Assembly: GCA_052298855.1 (NCBI GenBank)
Contig: DAVZXP010000005.1
Span: 109,253 to 173,252, forward strand
Reading direction: 5' to 3'
DNA: 64,000 bases
From: Candidatus Fimenecus sp.
GTDB taxonomy: Bacteria > Bacillota > Clostridia > Oscillospirales > Acutalibacteraceae
Shown: one piece after another, positions 45,301 to 53,590 of the stretch
Layout of the letters: each line of letters starts with the position of its first letter
Numbering within the stretch: the stretch's first letter is position 1
The notes under the pieces: generated by a model
Told to the model about the DNA's origin: nothing
Database searches by the model: none
What the model saw: only the letters and a program-made list of their open reading frames with translations
Translations under genes and position numbers: made by a program

Positions 45301-45376
45301 GGTGGTTTCAATCGGTATGTTTATCAAGATTAAGAAGCTTCCTAAGGGCGAGGCACTTAAAAATCAGAACTTATAA
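42350..45376 (+). CDS. large FtsX-family ABC transporter permease (two FtsX modules, long extracytoplasmic insert)
   Basis: 1008 aa with TM clusters around aa 20-40, 520-640, 680-700 and 880-1000. A ~450-aa soluble region lies between TM1 and TM2. Confidence 0.8.
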   Translation: MKNPLNKRYSRELKQDFGKYAAIFLFLVFFIGAMSGFFVSDISVAATYYEGLEKYNIEDGHMAFNLVPDDELLNKIEADNNITLYKMYYKDETVAQNDTTLRIYVDRDTVNTECVMDGRMPTAANEMAVDRMYAVNNKISIGDTVTVNGQDYTVTGYTAVPDYSCLFESNADMMFDAVNFGVGFVTNEGYEKIRATHESINYAWKYLTPTTDDVDAKNRSDDITDSLESILKQYDQSLIQSQVDSLYAQARDISASLGTDFEKASKAITNTVTAAAEKAAKNAVSSLSSDEMLDVISSASGKSKDEITATAFNSLGLTDEQKFMLAAYSGSLSNEEKLGAALKLSGKTESDLMPIIASASGMSEDELSTALIKYVAQKQGTTVDGLIARQLGTTEEKYRAMLDAFEEAKTLTDDLDKSSAEAPKINLDELENEKDYENDMEFSLDKIYSIVDKISAVGIYDMSSIRARLDSLDALTRTEIDDSGIITVKDYNPKFSNKAINFTIEDTVGDKANASLMLYMIIAVIAFMFAVTSSNTISREASVIGTLRASGYTKGELVRHYMTLPVVVTLLGAVVGNILGYTVFEKLFIGVYYSSYSLPTYETLPSAQAFLDTTVIPLILVIVINLAVIGRKMQLSPLSFLRGELSKGKKKQAVSLSKKLPFISRFRLRILFQNIPSYLTMFIGIFLGGALAVFGLMFGPLLSDYGELVKQTQISQYQYVLADTAETQNGQAEKYCVTSLDTVDEGFMTDEVMIYGIESNSNYVKAEIPSGQVLISNGYAAKYKLSEGDEITLKDKYSSKTYTFTVGGIYNYDAAISIFMPREEYLSTFGEDSDYFTGYFSNEELTDIDSDDIATVITEKDLTKIVTQMQVSMGEFMNVFKALGVIIFMLVIYILTKQIIERNAKSISMTKVLGFTNGEIAKLYIVITSLVVIASLLISIPLIHLALKAIFEDYLYTQMTGYIPYIVSNSCYIKMFIMGIVSYAVVSIGMFIKIKKLPKGEALKNQNL

Positions 45377-45403
45377 TAATTCCTTATAACCCCTTTCCTA
45401 ATG

Positions 45404-45437
45404 AAATATGCACGGTATTTTGCCGTGCATATTTTTT
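45404..45437 (+). terminator. rho-independent terminator after the permease
   Basis: Hairpin aaatatgcacgg/ccgtgcatattt followed by a T-run. Confidence 0.8.
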
Positions 45438-45500
45438 ATTGAAAATATTTATAAATTGTACTAAAATATAGGTACAGAACAGGAAATCGGAGTTGATAAT

Positions 45501-46130
45501 ATGGACGCTAACGAATTCAAAAGAAATGAAATGCTTGCACAGCTGATAATCAAAGGCTTGCAATCAAGAAATATGACAGGCTACTACGCCGAGTCAAAGG
45601 AAAAAGCAAAGGAAATCGCACTTTCGCTTATGCCGAACGGCTGTTCGGTATCGCACGGCGGCTCGTGTTCAATCAAGGAAATCGGACTTATCGACGAGCT
45701 TAAAAGCGGTAGATTTAATTACATTGACCGCAATTCTGCACCCGACAAGCACCAAGCAGAGCTTGACGCATATGACTGTGATGTATTTTTGGGCAGTTCA
45801 AACGCAATAACCGAGGACGGTGTTCTTGTGAATATCGACGGCAACTCGAACAGGGTTTCTGCTTACGCTTACGGACCTAAAAAGGTAGTGCTTATCGTCG
45901 GAATGAACAAGGTTGCAAAGGACGTTGACTCTGCGCTTAAAAGAGCGAGAAACATTGCCGCACCCGTAAATGCACAGCGCTTCGGGCTTGATACTCCTTG
46001 TTCAAAAACAGGTTCCTGCCTTAATTGCAAGTCACCCGACACAATTTGTTGTCAGTTCCTTATAACGAGGTATTCACGCCATAAGGACAGAATTCATGTT
46101 ATTTTGGTAAACGATACATTGGGGTATTAA
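45501..46130 (+). CDS. LUD-domain (lactate utilisation LutB/C-like) protein
   Basis: 209 aa with a FLGSSNAITEDGVLVNIDGNSNRV core and a C-terminal Cys cluster. The call is made from memory of the family. Confidence 0.55.
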   Translation: MDANEFKRNEMLAQLIIKGLQSRNMTGYYAESKEKAKEIALSLMPNGCSVSHGGSCSIKEIGLIDELKSGRFNYIDRNSAPDKHQAELDAYDCDVFLGSSNAITEDGVLVNIDGNSNRVSAYAYGPKKVVLIVGMNKVAKDVDSALKRARNIAAPVNAQRFGLDTPCSKTGSCLNCKSPDTICCQFLITRYSRHKDRIHVILVNDTLGY

Positions 46131-46182
46131 ATTTTTAACGATATATAAAAATTTAAGCGGACAGAAATCTGTCCGCTTTTTG

Positions 46183-46659
46183 TTATGTGTTTTTATTAAA
46201 CATATAATCCTCACACCATCTATAAGGATTGTCCTCAATATATTGCCACCTTATTTGGAAATCATATTCATCACGAATTATATGATCGTAAAATCCTTTT
46301 TGCCAAATCGACTTACCGAGTCGCTTAGTTATTACACCTTTAAACTGCTTAATAATGCGAGATATCGTAGGGGCGAACTGTGTTCGCCCGCTAAATGTAT
46401 CTATGAAAACAAGCAGATGAATATGGTTTGGCATAATCACATAGTTTTCAACAGTTACATTTTTATATATTTCGCTTATATTTTTTATTTCTTCTTCAAC
46501 TATTTCCCCTACTTTTGATAGGCGAACACAGTTCGCCCCTACGTGTATATACGATAAAATTGGGTTGCGATTTTCAACACAAACCGTTATAAAATAAACT
46601 CCGTTTTGCGAATAATCATAATTCTTAAGTCTATTTGGCTTTCTTGTTTTGGAATTCAT
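46183..46659 (-). CDS. REP-associated tyrosine transposase (RAYT) / IS200-like Y1 HUH transposase
   Basis: 158 aa with YDYSQNGVYFITVC, the HUH motif PNHIHLL and the Tyr region GFYDHIIRDEYD. No terminal IS ends are visible. Confidence 0.8.
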   Translation of the reverse strand: MNSKTRKPNRLKNYDYSQNGVYFITVCVENRNPILSYIHVGANCVRLSKVGEIVEEEIKNISEIYKNVTVENYVIMPNHIHLLVFIDTFSGRTQFAPTISRIIKQFKGVITKRLGKSIWQKGFYDHIIRDEYDFQIRWQYIEDNPYRWCEDYMFNKNT

Positions 46660-46663
46660 AATT

Positions 46664-49090
46664 TTATATCTTCTTCAAATTCGCCATTTTTGCCATAAGT
46701 TTTTTTGTTCCTACCTTTTGGAAGGCAATTTCAAGGAGCATATCGTTGCCCATAGGTGTTGCTCTCGACACAACGCCGTCTCCGAAAACTCGGTGGCTTA
46801 CGGTGTCGCCGGGCTTGAAATCAAGCTTAACCGTAGAGGCGGATTTGCTCTTTCCTGCGCCGGAAAAGCCTCTGTTTACAGTATTGCTGTGGCTTGAATA
46901 TGAGCCTTGCTGTGCGGAACGGGCAGAGGAAGTCGAGTTATCTCTTGCCGAACCGCCTGAGCCGAAGCTTGAGAACGAGGAATGCCCGAAGAACGGATTG
47001 TCCGAAGAGCGTTCAAGCAAATCGCTCGGAATTTCGTCCAAAAACCTTGACGGTCTGTTGTAGTTTGTAGAGCCGTACATCATTCTCTGCTTTGCATCGG
47101 TAAGATAAAGCTTCTGCTTCGCCCTTGTAATTCCAACGTAGCAAAGGCGACGTTCTTCCTCAACTTCAGCCTCGTTAAACATACTCTGTCTGCCGGGGAA
47201 AACGCCCTCCTCCATACCGGGCATAAACACAACGGGAAATTCAAGTCCCTTTGCGGAGTGGAGGGTCATAAGCACAACCGCATCCGCATCCTGATTGTAG
47301 TTGTCAATATCGGTCATCAACGCAACCTCTTCAAGGAAATCGCCGAGCGTTTTTTCGGGGTCTTCTTCGAAATATCTTGTAATATTTGCGCCCAACTGAT
47401 TGAGGTTTTCCATTCTGTCCTCATACTTTACGGGGTCATCCTTGAGCGAACGGGCATAACCTGTCGTTTCAAGCACTTCTGCTAAAAGTTCAGCCGGAGA
47501 AATCTCCTCAAGCCTTGATATGAAAGCATCTATCATATCTGTAAAGCTTTTTAGCTTTACAGCACTTCGCTTTAATAATTCGTAATTTTCGGCAGTTTTG
47601 AGCACCTCATAAAGCGGTACTCCGAGGGTGTCGGCAATCTGTGAAGCGTTGTTCACGGTGGTGTCGCCTATTCCCCTTTTCGGAGTATTGATAATTCGCA
47701 TAAGCCTTACTTTATCCGAGGTATTGTTGATTACGCTCAGGTATGCCATAGCATCTTTGATTTCCATACGGTCATAGAACTTGTGTCCGCCGATTATCCT
47801 GTACGGAATCGAGTTGCGCATAAGCTCCTGCTCTATGGGGCTTGACATTGCATTCATTCGATACAAAATTGCAAAATCGCTCAATTTACGCTTTCTTCCC
47901 CTGTCATATTCCTCGGAAATCTTTTTAACTATGTATTTAGCCTCTCCCGTTTCATCATTTACGGTACGGCACTCAACCTTTTCGCCTGCACCGTTGGCAG
48001 TCCAAAGATTTTTACCCTTTCTCTCGCTGTTGTTTGAAATTACGGCATTTGCGGCATCAAGAATATTCTGCGTTGAACGGTAGTTCTGCTCAAGTCTAAT
48101 GACAACAGCATCTGAATATCTGTTCTCAAACTGCAAAATATTCTCAATCGTCGCACCTCTGAAACGGTAAATACTCTGATCATCATCACCGACAACGCAA
48201 ATATTTTTATATCCGTCTGCAAGCATTGAGGTGAGCTTATACTGTGCAAGGTTAGTGTCCTGATACTCGTCAACCATAATATGACGAAATCTTCGCTGAT
48301 AGTATTCAAGCACCTCAGGACAGCTCTCAAAGAGCTTAATTGTGTTTACGATAATATCGTCAAAGTCCATAGCGTCAGCCTCTTTAAGCATCTGCTCGTA
48401 CTTTTTATACACCTGACCGATTTTTTCAAGTCTTATGTCGCCCGAATTGTCATTGATAAACTGTTCGGGGGTTATAAGTTGGTCTTTCGCACGGCTGATT
48501 TCATTTAATATTGACTTGTGCGGCAGGAATTTATCGTCAATGTCGAGAAGCCTTTGGCACTCCTTGACAATGCGCTTGCTGTCGTCTGTATCATAGATGG
48601 TAAAATGACTTGAAAAGCCGATTTTGTCGCCGTCACGCCTTAAAATACGCACGCAGGACGAGTGGAAGGTGCTTGCCCATATATCAAGTGCATCTTCACC
48701 TAAAATGAGCGAAAGCCTCTCTTTAAGCTCATTTGCCGCCTTATTCGTAAAGGTAATGGCAAGTATCTGCCACGGTTTCACGGCATTAACGCTCAAAAGG
48801 TCCTTTATGTCCTCATAAACGGTCTTATCCCCGTCAAGATAACGGCGCATTTTGTCAATATCCGTGTCGTCGGGCGTTCTTTCAAGCCACTCGGAATTAT
48901 ACGCATCGCCGTATTTTATAAGGTTTGCAATCCTGTTTACAACGACCGTAGTCTTTCCCGAGCCTGCGCCTGCAAGAATTAAAAGCGGTCCTTTCGTATT
49001 AAAGACCGCTTTCTTCTGCATATCGTTCATTCTCTTAAATTCGTTTTCGATTATCTGTCTTCTTAAAGTTAAAATTTCGCTTTTGTCCAT
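46664..49090 (-). CDS. pcrA: ATP-dependent DNA helicase PcrA (UvrD family)
   Basis: 808 aa with GAGSGKTT, DEYQDTN, TLHSAKGLEF and YVGITRAK. Confidence 0.92.
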   Translation of the reverse strand: MDKSEILTLRRQIIENEFKRMNDMQKKAVFNTKGPLLILAGAGSGKTTVVVNRIANLIKYGDAYNSEWLERTPDDTDIDKMRRYLDGDKTVYEDIKDLLSVNAVKPWQILAITFTNKAANELKERLSLILGEDALDIWASTFHSSCVRILRRDGDKIGFSSHFTIYDTDDSKRIVKECQRLLDIDDKFLPHKSILNEISRAKDQLITPEQFINDNSGDIRLEKIGQVYKKYEQMLKEADAMDFDDIIVNTIKLFESCPEVLEYYQRRFRHIMVDEYQDTNLAQYKLTSMLADGYKNICVVGDDDQSIYRFRGATIENILQFENRYSDAVVIRLEQNYRSTQNILDAANAVISNNSERKGKNLWTANGAGEKVECRTVNDETGEAKYIVKKISEEYDRGRKRKLSDFAILYRMNAMSSPIEQELMRNSIPYRIIGGHKFYDRMEIKDAMAYLSVINNTSDKVRLMRIINTPKRGIGDTTVNNASQIADTLGVPLYEVLKTAENYELLKRSAVKLKSFTDMIDAFISRLEEISPAELLAEVLETTGYARSLKDDPVKYEDRMENLNQLGANITRYFEEDPEKTLGDFLEEVALMTDIDNYNQDADAVVLMTLHSAKGLEFPVVFMPGMEEGVFPGRQSMFNEAEVEEERRLCYVGITRAKQKLYLTDAKQRMMYGSTNYNRPSRFLDEIPSDLLERSSDNPFFGHSSFSSFGSGGSARDNSTSSARSAQQGSYSSHSNTVNRGFSGAGKSKSASTVKLDFKPGDTVSHRVFGDGVVSRATPMGNDMLLEIAFQKVGTKKLMAKMANLKKI

Positions 49091-49103
49091 TAAAATTCTC
49101 CGA

Positions 49104-49634
49104 TTATTTTATGAAAAGATTTCCGCCGTGCGCATCAATGGCAACCGTAAGCGGAAATGAATTAAATTCTAATTTTTTGACCGACTCACAGCCCAAATCC
49201 TCAAATGCGATAACCTCGCACGAAGCAATGCACTTTGAAGCAAGCGCACCTGCACCGCCTATCGCACAAAAATATACTGCGCCGTTTCTGACAATCGCAT
49301 CACAGACGTCCTTTGAGCGAGGACCCTTGCCGACCATTGCCGAAAGCCCCATATCAAGCATTTGCGGTGCGTAAACGTCCATTCTCGACGAGGTTGTAGG
49401 GCCGCAGGAGCCTATTGCAAGCCCTTCCGGTGTGGGGGTGGGACCTGCATAGTAAACAGTTGCGCCGTCTATGTCATAAGGTGTTTTTTCGCCGTTTTTC
49501 AAAAGCTCAAATATACGCTTATGTGCGGCGTCACGGGAGGTGTAGACAGTACCGCTTAAATACACGGTGTCCCCTGCCTTGAGGTACTCCGCCGCCTTTT
49601 TGATTTCACTTGTGTTAATATGATATTCGCTCAC
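49104..49634 (-). CDS. Fe-S hydro-lyase beta subunit (class I fumarate hydratase C-terminal / TtdB family)
   Basis: 176 aa with GTVYTSRDAAHKR, GPTTSSRMD and VGKG. Confidence 0.8.
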   Translation of the reverse strand: MSEYHINTSEIKKAAEYLKAGDTVYLSGTVYTSRDAAHKRIFELLKNGEKTPYDIDGATVYYAGPTPTPEGLAIGSCGPTTSSRMDVYAPQMLDMGLSAMVGKGPRSKDVCDAIVRNGAVYFCAIGGAGALASKCIASCEVIAFEDLGCESVKKLEFNSFPLTVAIDAHGGNLFIK

Positions 49635-49636
49635 GG

Positions 49637-50428
49637 TCAGCCCTCTTTCGTGTTAAAAGGGAAGCTGTCGGGCTTGATATTCAAATCCTCGTGGAAATCG
49701 GTGTGAGGCGGATACTGAATATATGTAAGACCGCTGCCGTCGTTTGTTTCAAGCACTCCCGAAGCATCGTCATCAACCTCAAACGAAACCGAAAGGTCCG
49801 GCTCAAATACTGCGTCCTGTCTTATAGACAAATTCTTAGCCGTAGCAGCCATACGCTGTGCAAGAATAGAAATATTCGCCTGAAGCTCGTCCACCGACTT
49901 TGTGAAAAGGGCGGAAATTTTATCAACCTCAGATGAAAGTCTTGTGATTTCGCTTGCCTGCTTTGAAATATCCTCCGATATAGTCTTTGAAGCGGTATGA
50001 GCCTTTTCATTGGCAGCCGCAACGATGTTCTCCGAGTATTTTCTTGCGTCGAGGAACGCTGCGCCCAAGCGAGCCTGAGCCGCCTCAATTTCCCTGTTAT
50101 TTCTCTCAATTACAGACTTCGCATTTGAATATTCCTCGGAAACCTTTGAAAGCGTTTCCAATCTCTCAACGATTTCGCTGTTCTGATTCTCAAGTGCGGA
50201 AATTCTCTCCGACTTCTCTGTTGTTTCCTTTTTAAGCTCCTCAAGCTGTGCACAATCGTCAGTCAGCTCCAAAACCTTAGAGTTAAGCTCGCCGATTTTG
50301 CCGTCCTTCTTCTCGACATCAGCCTTTAAGCTCTCGATTTCCTTTTTAAGCTCTTCGACATAAGAGATAACATCCTCTTTCTTAAAGCCGCCGAAAACGC
50401 TTGTTCTCATAATCTTTTCTGCGTCCAT
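49637..50428 (-). CDS. DivIVA-domain-like coiled-coil protein
   Basis: The N-terminal FGGFKKEDVISYVEEL resembles the DivIVA/GpsB head. The rest is heptad-rich coiled coil. Confidence 0.5.
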   Translation of the reverse strand: MDAEKIMRTSVFGGFKKEDVISYVEELKKEIESLKADVEKKDGKIGELNSKVLELTDDCAQLEELKKETTEKSERISALENQNSEIVERLETLSKVSEEYSNAKSVIERNNREIEAAQARLGAAFLDARKYSENIVAAANEKAHTASKTISEDISKQASEITRLSSEVDKISALFTKSVDELQANISILAQRMAATAKNLSIRQDAVFEPDLSVSFEVDDDASGVLETNDGSGLTYIQYPPHTDFHEDLNIKPDSFPFNTKEG

Positions 50429-50574
50429 ATAAACACCCCTACGGATAAATTGTCATTATTATTTTTTATTTTAACAGATTTCTGAACTAAATACAACCTA
50501 AATGTGGATAATTGTCAAATAAATTGATTTTACCTTTGATTTATGCTAAAATATGTACAAAAGGAGTGAGGATT

Positions 50575-51555
50575 ATGTCAAACGAAAAAAATCACGGTGC
50601 CTTGAAATATATGGCTATCGTGGCAGGTGCGTTTGCGACAACATTTTACATTTCAGGTGAAATAGCATATCACTTTATGCTTTCAAGAAGAGGACTTAAC
50701 GGCCCTATCGCAACCGCCGTACAGGACAAGGAAAGAAAGTCTATTCAGGAAAACGAATACAGAGCAAACCTTGAGAGAATTCTCCACGAGGGTACTGATT
50801 GGTTCGAGTCCTTCCCGAAGGAAAAGCTTGAAACCGAAAACAGAAACGGAGATATTCTCCACGCCGATTTAATTAAGCCCGAAAAGGAGAGCAATATTTA
50901 TGTTCTCTGTATTCACGGCTACACCTCTGCGCCGAAATTTATGGGAATTTACGCTAAAAAGTTCCGTGAGCTCGGCTACAATGTAGTTCTTCCGAGCCTT
51001 AGAGGTCACGCTGACAGTGAAATAGAGTTTATTTCAATGGGCTGGAAAGACAGGCTTGACGTTGTCGATTGGATTAACTATATAGTTAAAGAGCATCCCG
51101 ACTGTGAAATCATTCTTCACGGCGTTTCAATGGGTGCCGCTACAACAATGATGACTCTCGGTGAGGAGCTTCCCTCAAATGTTAAAGCGGCTATCGAGGA
51201 TTGCGGTTATACAAATGCTTGGGATGTTATCAAGCACAAGATGTCAAAGATGAGCATTCCGGATTTCCCGTTCCTTTACAGCGCAAACAGTATCAATATG
51301 ATGAGAGAAAAGTTCAGCTTGAAAGATGCTTCCTGCACAGAACAGCTCAAAAAATGCACCACTCCGTTGCTGTTCATTCACGGCGAGGCGGACGATTTCG
51401 TTCCTTATTCAATGCTCGACATTGTTTATGACGCTGCCGACAAGTGCGAAAAGGAAAAGCTTTCCGTTCCCGATGCACCTCACGCACGCTCTGTTTGTGC
51501 GCACCCCGATTTGTATTGGAATACAATTATCAACTTCCTTAAAAAGTACATCTAA
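50575..51555 (+). CDS. alpha/beta hydrolase with an N-terminal membrane anchor
   Basis: HGYTS oxyanion region and the nucleophile elbow GVSMGA. AAGGAG RBS before ATG 50575. Confidence 0.8.
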   Translation: MSNEKNHGALKYMAIVAGAFATTFYISGEIAYHFMLSRRGLNGPIATAVQDKERKSIQENEYRANLERILHEGTDWFESFPKEKLETENRNGDILHADLIKPEKESNIYVLCIHGYTSAPKFMGIYAKKFRELGYNVVLPSLRGHADSEIEFISMGWKDRLDVVDWINYIVKEHPDCEIILHGVSMGAATTMMTLGEELPSNVKAAIEDCGYTNAWDVIKHKMSKMSIPDFPFLYSANSINMMREKFSLKDASCTEQLKKCTTPLLFIHGEADDFVPYSMLDIVYDAADKCEKEKLSVPDAPHARSVCAHPDLYWNTIINFLKKYI

Positions 51556-51718
51556 TCGGTATAATTTAATTTCAATGGCACGGTATTCATTGGCGGAGTG
51601 TTCATAAGCCAATGAAACCGTGCCTTTATTTTGTCATAAACCGTACAACTTCCGAATATAAATTTATCGAAATACAAATTTAAGTCCTCTAAAAAGAGGG
51701 TTTTAGGAGGTACTGTTA

Positions 51719-53197
51719 ATGGCAGAGAGAAGTATATATGCCGATATAGCAAACAGAACTAACGGGGATATTTATATCGGTGTCGTCGGCCCCGTAAGAA
51801 CGGGAAAATCGACCTTTATCAAGAAATTTATGGACACCCTCGTTATACCCAATATAGAGGACCCTGCTGTCCACGACCGTGCCACAGACGAGCTTCCGCA
51901 ATCTGCCGCCGGAAGAACAATTATGACGACAGAGCCGAAATTCATACCCGAAAATGCGGTTGAAATCACTCTGCCCGACAACGCCTCGCTAAAGGTCAGA
52001 ATGATTGACTGCGTTGGCTATATCGTACCGAGCTCACTCGGATATATTGAGGGCGACAATCCGAGAATGGTAAACACACCGTGGTTTGACCACGAAATTC
52101 CGTTTAATATGGCGGCGGAAATAGGCACTAAAAAGGTTATTACCGAACACTCGACAATCGGGCTTGTAATCACGACGGACGGCAGTATTTCCGACATTCC
52201 GAGGGAAGAATATGAACAGGCAGAGGAAAGAGTAGTAAACGAATTACGAGAACTCAACAAGCCGTTTATAGTGCTTCTCAACTGCACCTATCCGAAAAGC
52301 GAAAGTGCGTTGTCAACTGCCGCACGACTTACGGAAAAATACAGCGTTCCTGTCATTCCTGTGAACTGTCTTGAGCTTGACGAGAGCGAAATTAAGGAGA
52401 TTTTAACGCAAATCCTCTTTGAATTTCCGATTAAGGAAATCAGCATTGATTTCCCTGCGTGGCTCATTTCCCTGCCCTCCGACCATTGGCTTCGACAAAG
52501 CATTACAGAAGTTGTCACAAAGGCAACGGAAAATCTTTCACTTGTGCGTGATGTGGGACTTTTGACGAATGATTTAAAGCAAAGCGAATATATCAACAGT
52601 GCTTCGGTTACTCGGATGAATCTAGGCGAGGGCAGTGCGTTTGTCGATGTCAAAATGGATAACTCTCTGTTTTACAAAATCATTGCAGAGTACACGGGTC
52701 TTGAAGTTGGCGACGAGTATGAGCTGATGAAATGTATGTGCGATTTGAGCCGCACGAAAAAGGAATACGATAAAATCAAAAACGCTCTTGACGAGGTTGA
52801 AAGCACAGGCTACGGAATTATAATGCCCGATATTGACGAATTGAAGCTGCAAGAGCCGGAGATAATCAAGCAGGGCGGAAGATACGGCGTAAGGCTCTCG
52901 GCATCCGCACCGTCAATTCATATGATAAAGGCGAACATACAGACGGAAGTTGCACCGATTGTCGGCACAGAAAGTCAATCGGAGGAGCTTGTAAAATATC
53001 TGCTTGCAGGCTTTGAAGAGGACCCGACGAAGATTTGGGAGTCAAACATTTTCGGAAAATCGCTTAACGACCTTGTAAATGAGGGACTTCGAAGCAAGCT
53101 GTTCCATATGCCGAACGAGGCAAGAATGAAAATGCAGGAAACTCTCGAAAGGGTAATCAACGAGGGCTGTAACGGCTTAATTTGTATAATTTTGTAA
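51719..53197 (+). CDS. spoIVA: stage IV sporulation protein A (spore coat morphogenetic ATPase)
   Basis: 492 aa with IYIGVVGPVRTGKSTFIKKFM (Walker A) and full-length SpoIVA-like sequence. Confidence 0.93.
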   Translation: MAERSIYADIANRTNGDIYIGVVGPVRTGKSTFIKKFMDTLVIPNIEDPAVHDRATDELPQSAAGRTIMTTEPKFIPENAVEITLPDNASLKVRMIDCVGYIVPSSLGYIEGDNPRMVNTPWFDHEIPFNMAAEIGTKKVITEHSTIGLVITTDGSISDIPREEYEQAEERVVNELRELNKPFIVLLNCTYPKSESALSTAARLTEKYSVPVIPVNCLELDESEIKEILTQILFEFPIKEISIDFPAWLISLPSDHWLRQSITEVVTKATENLSLVRDVGLLTNDLKQSEYINSASVTRMNLGEGSAFVDVKMDNSLFYKIIAEYTGLEVGDEYELMKCMCDLSRTKKEYDKIKNALDEVESTGYGIIMPDIDELKLQEPEIIKQGGRYGVRLSASAPSIHMIKANIQTEVAPIVGTESQSEELVKYLLAGFEEDPTKIWESNIFGKSLNDLVNEGLRSKLFHMPNEARMKMQETLERVINEGCNGLICIIL

Positions 53198-53214
53198 AAT
53201 TTAAGCTAAAAATT

Positions 53215-53242
53215 AAGCGAGTGAAATCACTCGCTTTTTTTT
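53215..53242 (+). terminator. rho-independent terminator after spoIVA
   Basis: Hairpin aagcgagtga/tcactcgctt followed by T8. Confidence 0.85.
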
Positions 53243-53303
53243 GCATATTACGGTAAAATCAGTGAATAATAATTTCAAAGCAATAAATAAGGAGTTGAAA
53301 AAA

Positions 53304-53516
53304 ATGCTTGATAAAATCGCTTTGATTATTCTTGTTATCGGCGGTATAAACTGGGGCTCAATCGGCTTGTTCCGGTTTGACATAGTAAGCTGGATATGCG
53401 GAGGTCAAGACGCAGTACTTGCAAGAATTATCTACACGCTCGTTGCGCTGTCGGCAATTTGGTGCATTTCCCTGCTTTTCAGAGATAACGAGCTTGTTTC
53501 CGCAGACGATAAATAA
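53304..53516 (+). CDS. DUF378-family small membrane protein
   Basis: MLDKIALIILVIGGINWGSIGLFRFDIV is typical of DUF378. GGAG RBS. Confidence 0.75.
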   Translation: MLDKIALIILVIGGINWGSIGLFRFDIVSWICGGQDAVLARIIYTLVALSAIWCISLLFRDNELVSADDK

Positions 53517-53533
53517 TCGCCGATATCAAACAA

Positions 53534-53564
53534 AAAAGACACCGTTCGAAAACGGTGTCTTTTA
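53534..53564. terminator. bidirectional hairpin terminator
   Basis: aaaagacaccgtt/aacggtgtctttt, between convergent genes. Confidence 0.85.
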
Positions 53565-53590
53565 TTATTAAATCTTATAAAAGAAGCTGA

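Noticed and set aside
46180-46518. 112-aa plus-strand ORF antisense to the RAYT gene.
   Set aside because: Its translation is low-complexity and Phe/Ile/Tyr-rich, and it overlaps the well-supported HUH transposase frame completely.
49104-49634. Fumarate/tartrate hydro-lyase beta subunit without an adjacent alpha subunit, as a possible anomaly.
   Set aside because: The alpha subunit can be encoded elsewhere. The gene looks intact and nothing in the sequence indicates decay, so it is not interesting on present evidence.
51600-51718. Attempt to call a sigma-E-type sporulation promoter upstream of spoIVA (GTCATA...GAATATAAAT).
   Set aside because: The match to the -10 consensus (CATACA-T) is weak and I cannot score it objectively by eye, so I left it unannotated.
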